From positions 25,420,001-25,484,000 of the forward strand of contig JAQFVV010000004.1 in NCBI GenBank assembly GCA_028023455.1: 64,000 nt of DNA, given 5' to 3'. Positions within the stretch are counted from its first letter, which is position 1, and the number at the start of each line of letters is the position of its first letter. The notes beneath the pieces were generated by a model. That model had not been told where the DNA came from. It worked only from the letters and a program-made list of their open reading frames with translations, and ran no database searches. Positions 50,981 to 64,000 of this stretch are shown piece after piece. The position numbers and the translations under genes were made by a program. Source of the DNA: Epiperipatus broadwayi. Its lineage: Eukaryota; Animalia; Onychophora.

Positions 50981-53900
50981 TTGTTTCCTCTATTTCAAAA
51001 ATATGCAGAATTGTATTCATATCAATCTTATGGTTTTGCTTTATATACATTACAAACTGTTTTATTTACAATGTAGTCTTATAGTTTTGCTGGTCTCTTT
51101 CATACTTTGATAGGCCTTGTTGAGATTTTATTTACTTCCTCTGGCTCTATAATCCTTTCTTCTCATTCATTATTTAATTCTATAAGTTCTTGAATTGGAG
51201 AGATAAATGATGGTTTTAATTCCATTTCATCACAAATATCAATCTTATTTCCTTTCTCTGAGTTCAGAACAAAAAGTTTCTATTCTCTGTTGTTTAATAG
51301 GGAATATGTAAAGTCTCAAAATTCTGCTTACTTCATTTAATTGTGTAGATAATATTTTTTATAATTATTACTGGTAGCCATTTCATCTTTATATATCATT
51401 AATCCAAACATTTTCATCAATGGTAAATTTAACATTTTCCAAATAGCCATTTTTCCTAAAAATTTTCTTTGGAACTAATACAATCAAATGTGTTTTCACT
51501 CGTCATTTTAATAACAATTCCATGGAAGTTTTCTTTGTGATCACACTGGATGTAAAATGCTGGTAAAACATCACAGCTGTAATTACTTTATATATGTCTG
51601 CATATTTCTCCTTGTTTAATGCAATTTTCAGCAGATATTCTATCTTCTCCACTATTCCATTCAACTGCAGGTTATAATCTGGTGGTAAATATGTGCTGTG
51701 AACCCTTTTGAAATAAGGAAGTTTTTGAATTTCTCTGAGCTAAACTCAATTCCATTATCCATTATTATAGTCTCTGGATTACTATGTTTTGCAAAAATTT
51801 TGTCAAAATTTTTATTATACTTTCTGTACCTGTGATTTTTACCACACAATATTTAACCTGCTTTGAATATGCATCTACAACTACAAAGAATAATTTTTCA
51901 TGAAATGTTCCTGCATAATCTAAATGAACTTGCTGCCAAGTTTCCATAACTTCAAGCCAGTTGCTTAGCCAGTAAAATTTGCTATGCTTTTCCCTGCTTG
52001 ACAATTTGTCATGTTCTTCTCAATGTCATCATTCAAATATGGACATCAAACATAAAAACACTAATTCCTTCATTCTGATGATACAGGATATTGTTTAGTT
52101 AATAGGCATAGAATGCTTTTTCTACCTTCAGGTAATATTATCATACAGTCCATCATTAAAATACAATTGGGGCAAATTGATTTTCTTGGGCAATCATATT
52201 GCCAGACACAAATTACCTGGCCATTTAACTAGTGTTCTATATTTTATCCTTTTCCTAATGATGAGATAATCTTTATTTCTATTTGTCCATTCAGCTATGA
52301 CTTTACTATTAATATTTTTAACTTTAAAACATTTATATAATTTATATTGTATACACACAGCTTTCATACACTTTTGTCCTGAGTTCTTGAAAATGCATCC
52401 ATGTGGTTTATCAGTTGTTTGGGTCTATAATGAATTCATAGTAATAATACACAGTTTATTTATCTCAACATTCACTGACTTGTGTGGTCCTGGCTTTTCT
52501 TATTTTTTCCCAGTATTTCTAATAATGGTCTATGATTTGTATATATCTTGGAGGACTATCCATATACATATTGGTGAACCTTTTTATAACATAAACTATA
52601 GCTTAAGCTTCTTTGTCTAACTGACTGTAGTTTTTCCAGCCACAGACAACATTCCTGAGGTATATGCAACACGACATTCACCACCATACACACTATATAA
52701 TATCACAGCTCCTACCATAAATTCAGAAATTATATGCTATAATAATTGCTGTTCATTGTAGTGTATCAGATGACAGTATTTTTTTAACTCTCCAAAAGAT
52801 AATATTTTGCAGTTCTTCTCATTTCACTTTTGTTTTTTTTTTCCAGACACTCATAAAAGGATGTAGCCATGTGTAATCTTCCCCATACAAAAATCTTGAA
52901 GAAGTTTATCAATCCTAGAAATGTCTGTAATTGCTTAGCAATTTTTGGCTTTGAAACATTTTTCACTGCCATTTCTTTTTCTGGGTTGGGAAATTTTCTC
53001 TTTTTGTTAATAATATGTCCTAGAAATTTTCTCTCTCTCTCATAGACCAAATACATTTCTCAGCATTTAGTCTTGTTCTGAATTTATACAGTTTTAATAT
53101 ACCCTTTATTTTAATTTTATTCCACAGTTAATGTGTCAAATGTATATGGTATAATGCCTTTTTCACTTCTTTATAGATAATCTACCTTTGCCTGGAAAAT
53201 ATCTATAGCTATAGTTATTCTTTTGAACTTAAACAGTCTCATATGCATGTTTAAAGATAATAATTCTGATGTTCTCTTGGTCATCGGATTTGATAAAAAA
53301 CTGCTTTCACATTGAACTTTACGAAATATTTAGCCAATCGTAAAGATGCTAGTACTTCCTTCATGCTAACTACAAAGTATACTCCTTTGTTAATATTCTT
53401 CTTAACCATAATCAAATAGTCAATGTACACTTTTACATTTGTATCTATTTTTACTACTGTTACTATTGACATCGACCAGGCAGATTCTCACAAGGCATAA
53501 TTACACCTTTACTTCTTAATTCCTTTAAAGTATTTTCAACTTTTGGCATCAGTGCAAAGGCAACCTTCTCTGGGCTATATATGACCTGTTGTGGATTATC
53601 CATTAACTCAATATCAATTAGTTTTGTCTTAAACTTCATTAGAATTAAAGAACTGTGGAAATGTTTTCCTAATTTCAGCTTCTAACTCTTTTCATAATAT
53701 TAATTTTTATACCCCGAGGTTTAAACCCATTGGTTAATATTCTGCTTAGTTACAAATAGTAATAATTATTTACTATGATTATTTTCCACTACAAGTACAA
53801 TCACCATTTCTATAATATTTAATTTATTTCCATTTACTCCATACATTACTATGATAGACTTTTTAAATTTGGTATTAACGTTTGCGTTTCCACAAATCCT

Positions 53901-54853
53901 AGTCCAAACTTCCAATATTATTAATGATATGCCTGCCCTACTGTCGATCTCCATTTGTATAATTTGGTTGCAGACTTTTGCATTTTATTTGGGATGTAAT
54001 GACTATCTTTCAATCTGATCACTGTTGCAAATTTCTTAAACACTCTCTCCTTGATGTAATTTCTTGTAAATTCTCATTTTTCATTCATCACTTGACAATT
54101 GATTTTCCAAGCCACAGTTTAAACATTTTTTCATTTAGATTTTAAGTGGCATATTTTATCAGAGCAATAACAAGTAGAAGGAGTCTGCATTAACATTTTA
54201 TGTATATTCATTGATTTTCTACATTTACCCTTATTTCCAAATTATTATACTCTGTCACATTTTTAAAAGTTTGAACATGGTCTGCTATGACATCATGAGA
54301 TAATGCCCATTCAGTAGCAACTTTGTATGTTAATTTCTTCTTGTTTAGTAGTATCTCTCTAAGCATTATCTCTCTTATTTTCCAAAATAGTTGATCAAGT
54401 AACATTTCATTGATATCATGTCTTGAATTTGTAATCCTTCACTAACACACTTTCAATTTGTGACTGCATCCTCCAACAAAAATGAAAATTTGCCATAAAC
54501 ATCAACATTATATGATTAAAATAGGTGTTTAATTTTATTAATAACTCCTTATATAGTATTTCTTCAAGTGGCTTTAGATTACATAAATGATTTGCCACAT
54601 TTAATACATCTTTCCCTGACATTCATAATACCATTGCAACTTTAAGTTTATTATCTAATACTTTGTTCATAATCATATATTTCTCCATGTGATTCACATA
54701 TATTTTTCATTGACCCAGAGTTTTTTATATCAAACATCATTGTCATGTTATTCTTCATTTTGTTTCCAATATAGCACTGAATTATATCACACAAATTAAA
54801 TCCTCTTATCAAGCTACTCCACTTTATATTTCCCAATGCTTATGTCGATTGCA

Positions 54854-55499
54854 TCATATAGCCAATCAGTCAATTGGTAGCTGAATAATTTTGATATTAA
54901 ATAAAGGAAACAATAACAAAGTTTAATAATAAATTCAAGAGTTTATTTTACTCTGAATAATAATAATGATAATTAGTAAATCACCTAGTTATTTGCTAGT
55001 TGAAAATAGGATCATTTAAATCAGTTTATAGTTCATATCTATGTAGAAATTTAATATATACAAATGTCTCTTTAAGTCTATAATTTTGTGAACATATTAT
55101 TGCTCACACACATATTTCTGAGATAGTTGAATTTGATTGGAGTTCTTCTTTACTAATTTTCTGAACAACAGAACTGACCACAGAACATAACATATACTCA
55201 GTATATAGTGCACCATTTGCTGCACTTTTTTTGTACTGTTATTTTTGCACTGTTTATTTTTTCCCCTTCTTTAATTTTTCTTTTATAGACTTTTTTATCA
55301 AATTTCTAATTTGAATAAACTATAATTTTTATTAACATACAAATTAGCCTGTTGCTTTTTGCAGTTAGTGAATTCCTTTTTTTGTTGCATATCAATTAGT
55401 TATTTCTTTTCTGGAGTATTCTAGCTATATCAATACTTCTAAATTTGTATATACATATTTATTTGTGCTTTCAAAAAATACACTTATACAAACATAACA
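54854..55499 (-). repeat. 5' LTR of the Gypsy element
   Basis: Diverged direct repeat of 50386-50980, upstream of gag on the minus strand. Confidence 0.75.
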
Positions 55500-58170
55500 A
55501 AATTCATTGAACATTATTTTAGTTTTTTAATATTTATCTTTATTCTACTTTTTTTTCATCATCTGATAACTCTTGCAACATTTTCTGAAGCTTTAAGCAT
55601 TATTTGCAAAAACAATGATATTAGCTGCAAAATTCAAATAACTCAAATAATCTCTAATTACATTAACTCTTTTAGCTCCCCATAAAGTTCTTGTAAAATT
55701 GCAGTAAAAGTTTTGGAGATATGATATCATTCTACAGTACATTTTTCTCAATAGTAATCTTCTTAGTATCACAGTGTATTCTAATTATTGCTACTGCATT
55801 GTGGTAAATATTCTTCAAAATATAATAATACCCTGGATATATGTCTTGAAAATTCACTGCTTTAGTCACAGTAGAAATATTTTTAAGATAAAATACCTTT
55901 TCATAATCTACAAATCCAAAGCATAATGTCTATTCATTGGTCTTTCTTTTAAAATTATCTCAATATTTGATATGATTCATTATGCTAAATTACTTTCAAA
56001 CCCACTCTATTCTTTTGGTTAGTTAAAATCCTAAGGTCACCGTAGATGATTTGTAATTGTATTGGCAAAAATTTTGAATAGAAGGTAGATCTGTAATTTT
56101 TAATATTTATATCCTTTTTTAAATATTAATATTTCCAGGGCATTCTTACAATCTTCTGGTGTATTTAGACTTTTGGTATATAACTTTGTTAACAATTTCT
56201 CTATTTCATCATCTACTTGTTTTAGGATATTAGTCATAAATTTAACATCATCAGAAACTTGTTTCCTCATCATATATTTAATTTCACATCTCACGTCTTT
56301 ATTTAGAATGCTGAGCACTTCAGAAATGTTGAAATTTTAAGGAGTATCTATTTTGTTCTTTATTACTATATATTTCTTTATAGAATTCTTCCCCACATTT
56401 CTTGCCATTGTTTTCCTGAAGGTTTGTGATGATGGTGTTTTAGTTGTATTTATATGTTGGACAATTTCCATCATCTAATATGAGTATTGAATGTCTTTAA
56501 AAAAATTTAACTTTATTTAAATATTCCAAATACATTCAACTGTTCATAATAGCGTATGTGCAATGTTTTGAGAGGTATTATTCTCCCCTCTTCTTCAAAT
56601 ATTGCTGGTGTGATCAGTGACAGTACTTGCATGGGAATTGGACCTGGATCCTTAGATTCTTTGAGTATTGAATTTTAATATAATTCTCTAATCAGCTGAG
56701 CCACAGTACTAGCATAGGAATCAAACCCGAACCCTTAAATTCTTTGAGAATTGAATTTTAAGCTAACACTCTAACCAACTAAGTCATCCTGAAAGTTGGC
56801 TCAGTTGGTTAGAGCATTACCTTAAAATTTAATAATCAAAGAATCTAAGTGTCCAGGTTCAATTCCTATGCTTGTACTGTCACTGGTCAGTCCAGCAACA
56901 CTTGAAGAAGGGAGAATAATACCTCTTGAAACATTGTGCATATACTAACATGTGTGGTATTATTAACAATTGAATGTATGTGGAATATTTAAATAAAGTT
57001 AAATTTGTCTAAAGGCATTCAATACTCATATTAGATGATGGAAATAGTCCAACATATAAATACAATTTCAAGTCATTTTTCTTTTTAGTAATAGTTCTCT
57101 ATTTTTTTCTTATTGCAAAAATACATTTCCCATCAATACCCAGATGTTCTTTTACATTTTTAAGACTTTCATTGTCTTCTATAGCTTTTCTTGCTAATTC
57201 ACAATTATATTTTCTTTTGTTATTATTAACTTTTTTCATAACATTTTACAAAATTTTATATATTCATTTCTTTTTAATGGATCATTATATAAACTTTTCC
57301 TACTTTTCTTCATAAATTGTCTTGTCTTAGTAAAATTGTACTGGGAAATTTCTGCTTCTCTGTATTAGCTATTTTTATCACAGCTTTTAAGAGTGCATCA
57401 TTTAATTTTCTATTAAGTTTCTCCTCTTCAAAATCTGTTAATATTTTAAAACAATTGTCAATTTCTAATTTAAATTCATTGGGATATTTCAGAAGGTTGG
57501 GAATATTAATTGTGAATACTGTTTATCTTAATAATGTTCACCTTTCTAGTTTTGCATTAACATATATCTTACATCTTGTTAATTGATGATCACTTCTTGT
57601 GTTGAATTTATTAAGACATTATAATCTTGAAATAAATATTTTCTGATAGTCAAAATAAAATACAATTCTTTTGGACATTTATTTGAAAGCTTCCTTGTCT
57701 AGTTCTGTTTAATATTTTTCTCAAAATAAGAATTCATAACATATAGTTTTAATTTTATTGTGAATTTCACAAGTTAGTGTTTTTCCTCATAATTATCACT
57801 ATAATTAAATTTATTTATAGCACTTTTGTCTTCTAATTATTTGCCAATTCTACCATTAAAGTCTCTCATGAAAACTTTAGAATATTATTTGCTGTAGTCA
57901 AAAGCCTTTTGCACATCCATATAACAGTCATTTACTTTTTATCACAATGAGAACTTGTTGGCATAAATCAGAATTATCTGCTTTTGATATTTGTGCTTCT
58001 AATATTTGTGCTTTTGTAAAAAAGTGCATGCCCACTTTTTAAACTAATTATTTTTTCAACATTTTTTCTAACTTCACAAAGTCCAACAATGTTTTATTTC
58101 GTATTAGACAATCCTTTTTCCAATTCGTACAATCTTCCTTTACTTGAAACTGCTTTCGGTTGTACTTATC
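55500..58170 (-). mobile_element. Old decayed RTE copy, 5' and central part, interrupted by the SINE palindrome at 56404-57065
   Basis: Collinear with 23070-25240 at low identity, with many stops and deletions. Confidence 0.85.
56404..57065. mobile_element. Head-to-head pair of family B SINEs with a duplicated tRNA-like head on the left arm
   Basis: Centre GAAAGT at 56791-56796. A box TGGCTCAGTTGG from 56797 and B box at 56856-56866. HHR-like motifs at 56899-56938 (+) and ~56560-56601 (-). Extra head at 56704-56790. Confidence 0.9.
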
Positions 58171-59439
58171 TAAATAATAGTCAATAATTAAGAAATGCTG
58201 ATTTTAATATAAAACAAATAAATAGTAGGAAGAACATATAAAGATCTTTACATATAAGTTTAAAAAAGAAAAAAGGTCCAGAAATAACATGAAAAGTTTA
58301 AAAAATTGAATTTTTTTTCACACTGTAGTTTAAATAAAAAATAGAAAAATTATGCAGAAATAATGAAAAACATAAAAAACTTCTAAGAGATATTATTAAA
58401 AATAAGGGCAATTACTGTATACTGTATATTAAAAAATAGCGATTTGAAGAAGTCGTTTTGAAGTGTTGTGCAGAACTGTCAGCAGATTGATGATTAATAA
58501 TGATAATTATTTATAACTTAGCATATTTAATAAAAGTTGTTTTATTTTCATTTATTATATATATATATTCTTTGCTAAAGGATAAACAAACAAAAACTAT
58601 GCTAGTCTGATGAATCATGTCTGCTTATTCATAGTTTCTACTGAATGACAGTTGAAAAAGCATTCATATATTTAAAGACTATTTACTTTTGCCTTACACA
58701 CATATATATATATATGGTTAACTAAAAGAGAAAACCGCACTCTCAGGCCATAAATAAATAACACTTTGTATTTTTGTAAGGATTAAGAATAAAATGAATT
58801 CTAATGGATCCATTTATTCTTAAAACTTTTAATGTTTATAAAATTATCCTTAAACAAAAATTGAAATTCACAGTGACTATATCAACCTCGTGAAAATATG
58901 GTAATAATAATTTTTAATTTCATAATCAATTATCCAAGATTGAAGACAGAATCTCTTTTTCAAAAACTTTGATTTAATAAATAAACAGAAGTTAACAACT
59001 GGCCCTTGCTAAACATACAGATTATTTTTTCATAGCCTAGGGGGAAATGGTTCTCTCCCTTAATTACATGTACATTAAGTTATATTAATTTCATGTATAC
59101 ATCGAAATGTTCTTGGATCATTACTTATAATGGAGCTGAAGTAATATTTATCTTTAATCACTAATCATATATCATGGCACCACTTTTAGAAAAAATATAT
59201 CTGGGCCAGTGCTGTTTCATACATGGTTACAATGATATTTGATGAGGAAATAACCCTCAGAATTGATATCTCTGATCTAGACTTTAAAATAGATGTAGTC
59301 AAACAGCAATCTAAATTTCTAATCCAATAAATAATCAAGTTATTTATTCTAGATAACTAATTTTATAAGATCTCTAACACTAATGATATTAATAAATGTG
59401 GTTGTGATAAAATATAAGTAAAGAAAGAAATGAATATGG

Positions 59440-60560
59440 TATTCTTATGACTGGATGATCATGGTTATGCAATGAAGATTTATCTAGGAACAAATCATAT
59501 ACATTTTTCTTAAATGAAACATTCTGCATAATGACCTATTTTCAATACAACACAGAATTCTTCCAAAAAAATCCAAGTAATGACTATGGGCTCACCATTA
59601 TCACCCCTGATTAGCAATAAATACAACCATAAAGTCTATTCCATATCCACCTAAAGTTTGGCTTTGCTATGTTGATATATATGTAGTATGGCAACATGGT
59701 GGAGCACTAGTACAAACTTTCTGAAAATACATCAACAACATATCCCCTTTACTTAAATTCACAATAGAGTCAGAACAAGAACCAAAATTGACATTCTTAG
59801 ATGTTCTTGTGACAAAAGTGCCTCATGGCAAAATCAAAAGTATGGTTTACAGAAAACTCACACATACAGGGAAAATGTAGACACCTAAACCACAGAACAT
59901 GGTGTTATACTATCAATATGGAAGAGAGCAAAAGAAGTTTGTTTAGAAACCAGTGATTTGGGAAAAGAAAAGATCTATATAGAACAAACATAAAAAATGG
60001 TGATCCATCAACTGTTATTAAGAAAACCTTAAATAGACAACAAAAAGAACCATCAAAAGAAAAAAATATTGATACTGTAGTATATTAATACATATCAAAA
60101 TCAGCAGACTAATTAAGGAAAATCTGCAATCAGTATACACCAGAACAGCTTTTCAGAACTATACCATACTATAAGGAATTCTAACATCAACAAAGCCTAA
60201 ACTTGAAATGCTAAAAAACAAAAACTGCATGTATGAAATATCATGTGAATGTCGAAGAATGGATTTTGGTGAGACTAGTCATACCAATAAAAAGTGATTG
60301 TAAGAGCACAAACTGATGATTAAAAAAAGAAAACATGTCTTTAAGGTATCAGACCATATATATATTAATGAACATATGTTCATTGAGGAAATGCAAAAAT
60401 ATTGGATAGAGAACAAAAGATACAAAGAAGAAAATTTAAAGAAGCTGCTCACATGACAATGATAAACAATCCCATAAGTCAATCTAATGTGACTGTACAT
60501 AATGTATAGAAACCACTAATCAACTTTGCTCTTTAAGTGCAGAATTCATGAGGAATCTTA
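59440..60560 (+). mobile_element. Decayed Penelope-like element (RT plus GIY-YIG endonuclease)
   Basis: Translates to MGSPLSPLISN, KVWLCYVD, KFTIESEQ...LTFLDVLV, MYEISCEC..GET and RRKFKEAAH, typical of PLE RT and GIY-YIG domains; many frameshifts. Confidence 0.85.
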
Positions 60561-60598
60561 CAGATATGTATGTGAAATTTCTACTGAATATTGCCTTT

Positions 60599-60750
60599 GG
60601 CAGGATGACTCAGTTGGTTAGAGCATTAACTTAAAATTCAATATTCAAGAATCTAAGAGTCCAAGTTCAATTCCCATGCTAGTACAGTCACGGGTCGGGC
60701 CAGCAGCACCTGAAAAAGAGAGTAGAATATTACCTCATGAAACATTGTGA
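60599..60750 (+). mobile_element. Single family B SINE, 3'-truncated after the HHR-like motif
   Basis: GGCAGGATGACTCAGTTGGTTAGAGC head and AGTTCAATTCC B-box variant, then CAC-CTGAAAA...CCTCAT-GAAA-CA-TT-GTG at 60707-60749. Confidence 0.85.
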
Positions 60751-61660
60751 TTAATGCTATCCAAAATCAAGAAGCAGAAAATGGAGAGTGGGTGACTTGT
60801 TATCTGCCTATATATATATATATTTTTAACAATACGGTGTAGTCCTCATCAATCACAATTTTAGTTCATTTAAACTTGTTTTTTTTTTAATCAAATTTCT
60901 AATGATTTTTTTTCTCTTATACAATACAATTAAATTCAAAGACAATAGAATCTAAATTCCAATAAAAAATTGTAATTAAGGATTATAGATGTAATTAAAT
61001 CAAAAATAAAATTTTATATCTGTTTTTCTTATTATTCCAAAATATTTATATATAAAAATAAATTATTCTTCCTTATCTTCAAGTTCATTAAATAATTATA
61101 TATTTTTTTCTTATTTAATCAATTATAAAAGAACTATTATTTTATTACACAGAAATATGTACATGTAACTACATGGTTTTGGCATATATGTATATGTTTT
61201 ATAATTATATTTACACCAATAAATACAATTATTGTATTTCATAATAGAAATATTAATTCAATCATTTTTAATTAAGATTTGCAGTAGCAAAAATGTATAA
61301 CAAATTATTATTATTACAATTAATCATTGCACTATTTTAAATTAAAATTTTAAATTCGTTTATTTTTTAAATAGTATTTACTATGGCCTTTGTTTTTATT
61401 GAATGATATCACATTTACCTCAGTTTGATACTACTACAATATATATTATAAATTCTGTATTTTTTAAAAAATATTTATTTTTAATAAATACATAAATGAT
61501 AATTACATTTATATTTTTTAAATTTAAATATAGATTTAAAATCAAATATCAAATGCATTTACAATTCTTTACACATGACAATCTTTCTCTTTTATTAACT
61601 GTTAATATTTTTCTATGTACAAAATGTAAGATCATTAAATATAATATATATATATATATC

Positions 61661-62253
61661 AATGAGAAAAAATATTCATACAGAGTTTAAATATAAAATT
61701 TAAATAATACTTATTGTACCAAGTATGATGATTTCATTCATGTTCATGGCTAATCTGCTAAGAACATTAATTTTTTATTGATTTAAATGCTATTAGTTTT
61801 TTGGTTCATTTTATATTATTTTGTGTAATGAACTATGTCTCTTTTATTTTATGTTTGCGATCATTTCTCTCTTTGTACATAACTTTAGCAATACTTGAAT
61901 CACAGTTATGGCCATCTTCTCTCTTGTGGTTATGAAAGATTGATGAATTAAATACTTCAGGCTTAATTTTAGATTTTTTAAACATTAATGAGTGTTTAGT
62001 CATAGCCGTGCTCCAAGCACTATTAAAGTTATGAGTGAAGAGAGAAACAAACGCAAATGTGAAATAATAAGGCATGGTTCATTACACAAAATGAATATGT
62101 AATGAACCAAAAAACTAATAGCATCCAAATCAGCAAAAAATTAATGTTCTCAGCAGACTGACCATAAATATGACATGAAAACATCAAAAGTATACTTGGT
62201 ACAATAAATATTAAATTTTATATTTAAACTCTGTATGAGTATTTTTTCACATT
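61661..62253. mobile_element. Penelope-like element 3' end as a head-to-head inverted repeat (arms ~61661-61912 and ~61999-62253)
   Basis: Arms are diverged reverse complements. The minus-strand ORF reads SSIFHNHKREDGHNCDSSIAKVMYKERNDRKHKIKE, like the GIY-YIG C-terminal H....GH..D...KV...E....RKIKE pattern. Confidence 0.65.
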
Positions 62254-64000
62254 AATATTTAGAATGGCAGAATATAGAAATATAATTATATATATATTAG
62301 TGATAAATTATAAAATATATTTTATATCTGCATATATAAAATAAACCTATTTATTTTTAAAAAAGCAAATCATTTTAATGTTTACATATAATAAAGATTA
62401 AAATTTGATTTAGATTCAACATTAAAATTTAATTTAGATTCAAAAATTTATATGTAGTGCAAACTAAAAAAATATTTCTTAAATGAAATACCACCATATA
62501 CATGTTTATATAAATTCCAATAATTTAGCCAATAAAAAGTTGAAAATATTTATAATCAAAAATTTTAGAAAAAATTAAATTATGCTAATTAATCTGGAAA
62601 ATCATTTAGTAGTCTGCAGATTATGAAGAAACATTATATTTCTATAAAAATCATTACTTTGTATTGAAATAGAACTTTTAAAAGAATAAGCTGTTTTCAG
62701 GAGTATCCAACAAATAAGAAAAATATAGATGATAATTTAAAATACTTGGAAATCATGAATTCTCGTATGAAAAATTTGAGAACTGAAAGAGATTCATTGT
62801 TCTAAAATAATCTGGAGATCTCATCTATTATTTTTATAAATTACATCAAATTAGTATTAAAAGAAAAATGAATAAATAAATACTCAGAATAAGCATATAT
62901 CTCACTGGAAGATTAAATAAAACAAAAAAATTAAAAATGCCTTCAACTTCCACAATTTTAGTTTGAGTGCAAAAATTTTAAAATTTTTTCTAATTTTTAA
63001 ATTGCAATGTATAGTAGATTTTCCAAATAACAAAATGTTCAAAGAATTTGTTGAGCTGATAATTTGCCATTTTTCATTGTCTACATAGTTTTACTTTATG
63101 ACTTACAATTGATGAAATTGGATTTAAAAAATCCAATGGGTAATCTCTTTCATCTATTAATTATACTTTTCAGGTTATATATATTCTTTATACTTCTTTT
63201 TCCTCTATATATTTTTTTTCTAGTTACCTTGCTTTTTTAAAAAAAATTTTTTTTATTAATGTTAGGCCACAGCAACATAAGAAAATATTGATAACAGACA
63301 ATTGAAGTTGTATCAATATCAAAACATTTTAAATTGAAAAAAATAAAACAATCATAAATAATTCCTGATTACCAAGTTAAAAAGATTATAAATAAAATAA
63401 CAATTGTATCATGCTATAATATTGGAAAGTAGATTTTTTTCTGTAGAAAGACACTTTTTATATTCTTGAAACAAAAATGAAGATATATTTTAGTATTTCT
63501 GGCTTGTAAAATACAGCCAGATCAAATAATATGGATAATTAGCTGCTGACATCACTAAGTGGGAAGAAAGTCTATATACTGACAGAAGAAAATAATCTTT
63601 AGAATGTCAAAAGTGTGAAATACCATCACAAAAACTTTTATGTGATGATGATGAATTTAGAAATTATCTACAAATTTAACTATTAAGAATATATATAAAA
63701 GTCAGGAAAATACAAAAAAAATTACCAAATTGAAAAAGCCATTATTGCTAACAGATTTTTTTTTTAAATATTAAAATTTTGGCTAATTTTATTATTAAAC
63801 AAATAATTTTCTGCAATATACATGTAAAACCACTAATTTACTAATGTTCACATATTTTATTGAATTAATTTTATAAAGTATACTAATTTTTGATGATTGT
63901 AAATCTTATCAATAGAAAAATGTAAAAATCCAGAATTCAATTCTTTTTCTAAATGTAATGCAATATGGGTTGTTCATCACTGCAATTTAATTTAACAATA

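Larger units (their letters stand above)
50386..55499 (-). mobile_element. Decayed Ty3/Gypsy LTR retrotransposon with both LTRs
   Basis: Direct repeats at ~50386-50980 and ~54854-55499, both ending in CA. Candidate TSD AAATC/AAATT. Fragments: gag (IMLREILL.KKKLTY), protease (MEIDSRAGISLI), RT (KFLGHII) and integrase (WQQVHLDYAG, IMDNGIEFSS). Confidence 0.85.

Noticed and set aside
58607-58613. Isolated CTGATGA (also at ~12042)
   Set aside because: No GAAA directly after a stem II.

Overview
Very AT-rich, CpG-poor eukaryotic DNA, probably an invertebrate animal, made up almost entirely of transposable-element debris. I could not support any host gene. It holds one young RTE-clade LINE family: a full-length copy with a 13-bp TSD, a gap-truncated copy and a 5'-truncated copy. 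It also holds older RTE/Jockey-like LINEs, two decayed Ty3/Gypsy elements, and fragments of several Penelope-like element (PLE) families. A ~5-kb segment is duplicated across a 500-N gap and is probably an assembly or haplotype artefact. The standout signal is a set of small non-coding elements carrying type I hammerhead ribozyme (HHR) motifs. (1) A 411-bp hairpin-rich insertion has a perfect 22-bp TSD and a canonical HHR. (2) A ~355-bp element carries three HHRs, as a 93-nt tandem plus an inverted copy. (3) A SINE family joins a tRNA-like Pol III head to a minimal HHR-like motif and sits twice as head-to-head palindromes and once directly after a PLE. (4) A TSD-flanked ~300-bp tandem array and a small inverted repeat carry degenerate HHR-like motifs. 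Six small inverted repeats share one geometry, with 5' ends inward, as in PLE inverted pseudo-LTRs. This suggests, by inference only, a PLE-driven community of ribozyme-bearing non-autonomous elements. An old ~7-kb foldback palindrome and a class II tRNA-like repeat with three different anticodons are also present. All alignments and folds were done by eye; boundaries of decayed elements are approximate and no ribozyme activity is demonstrated.
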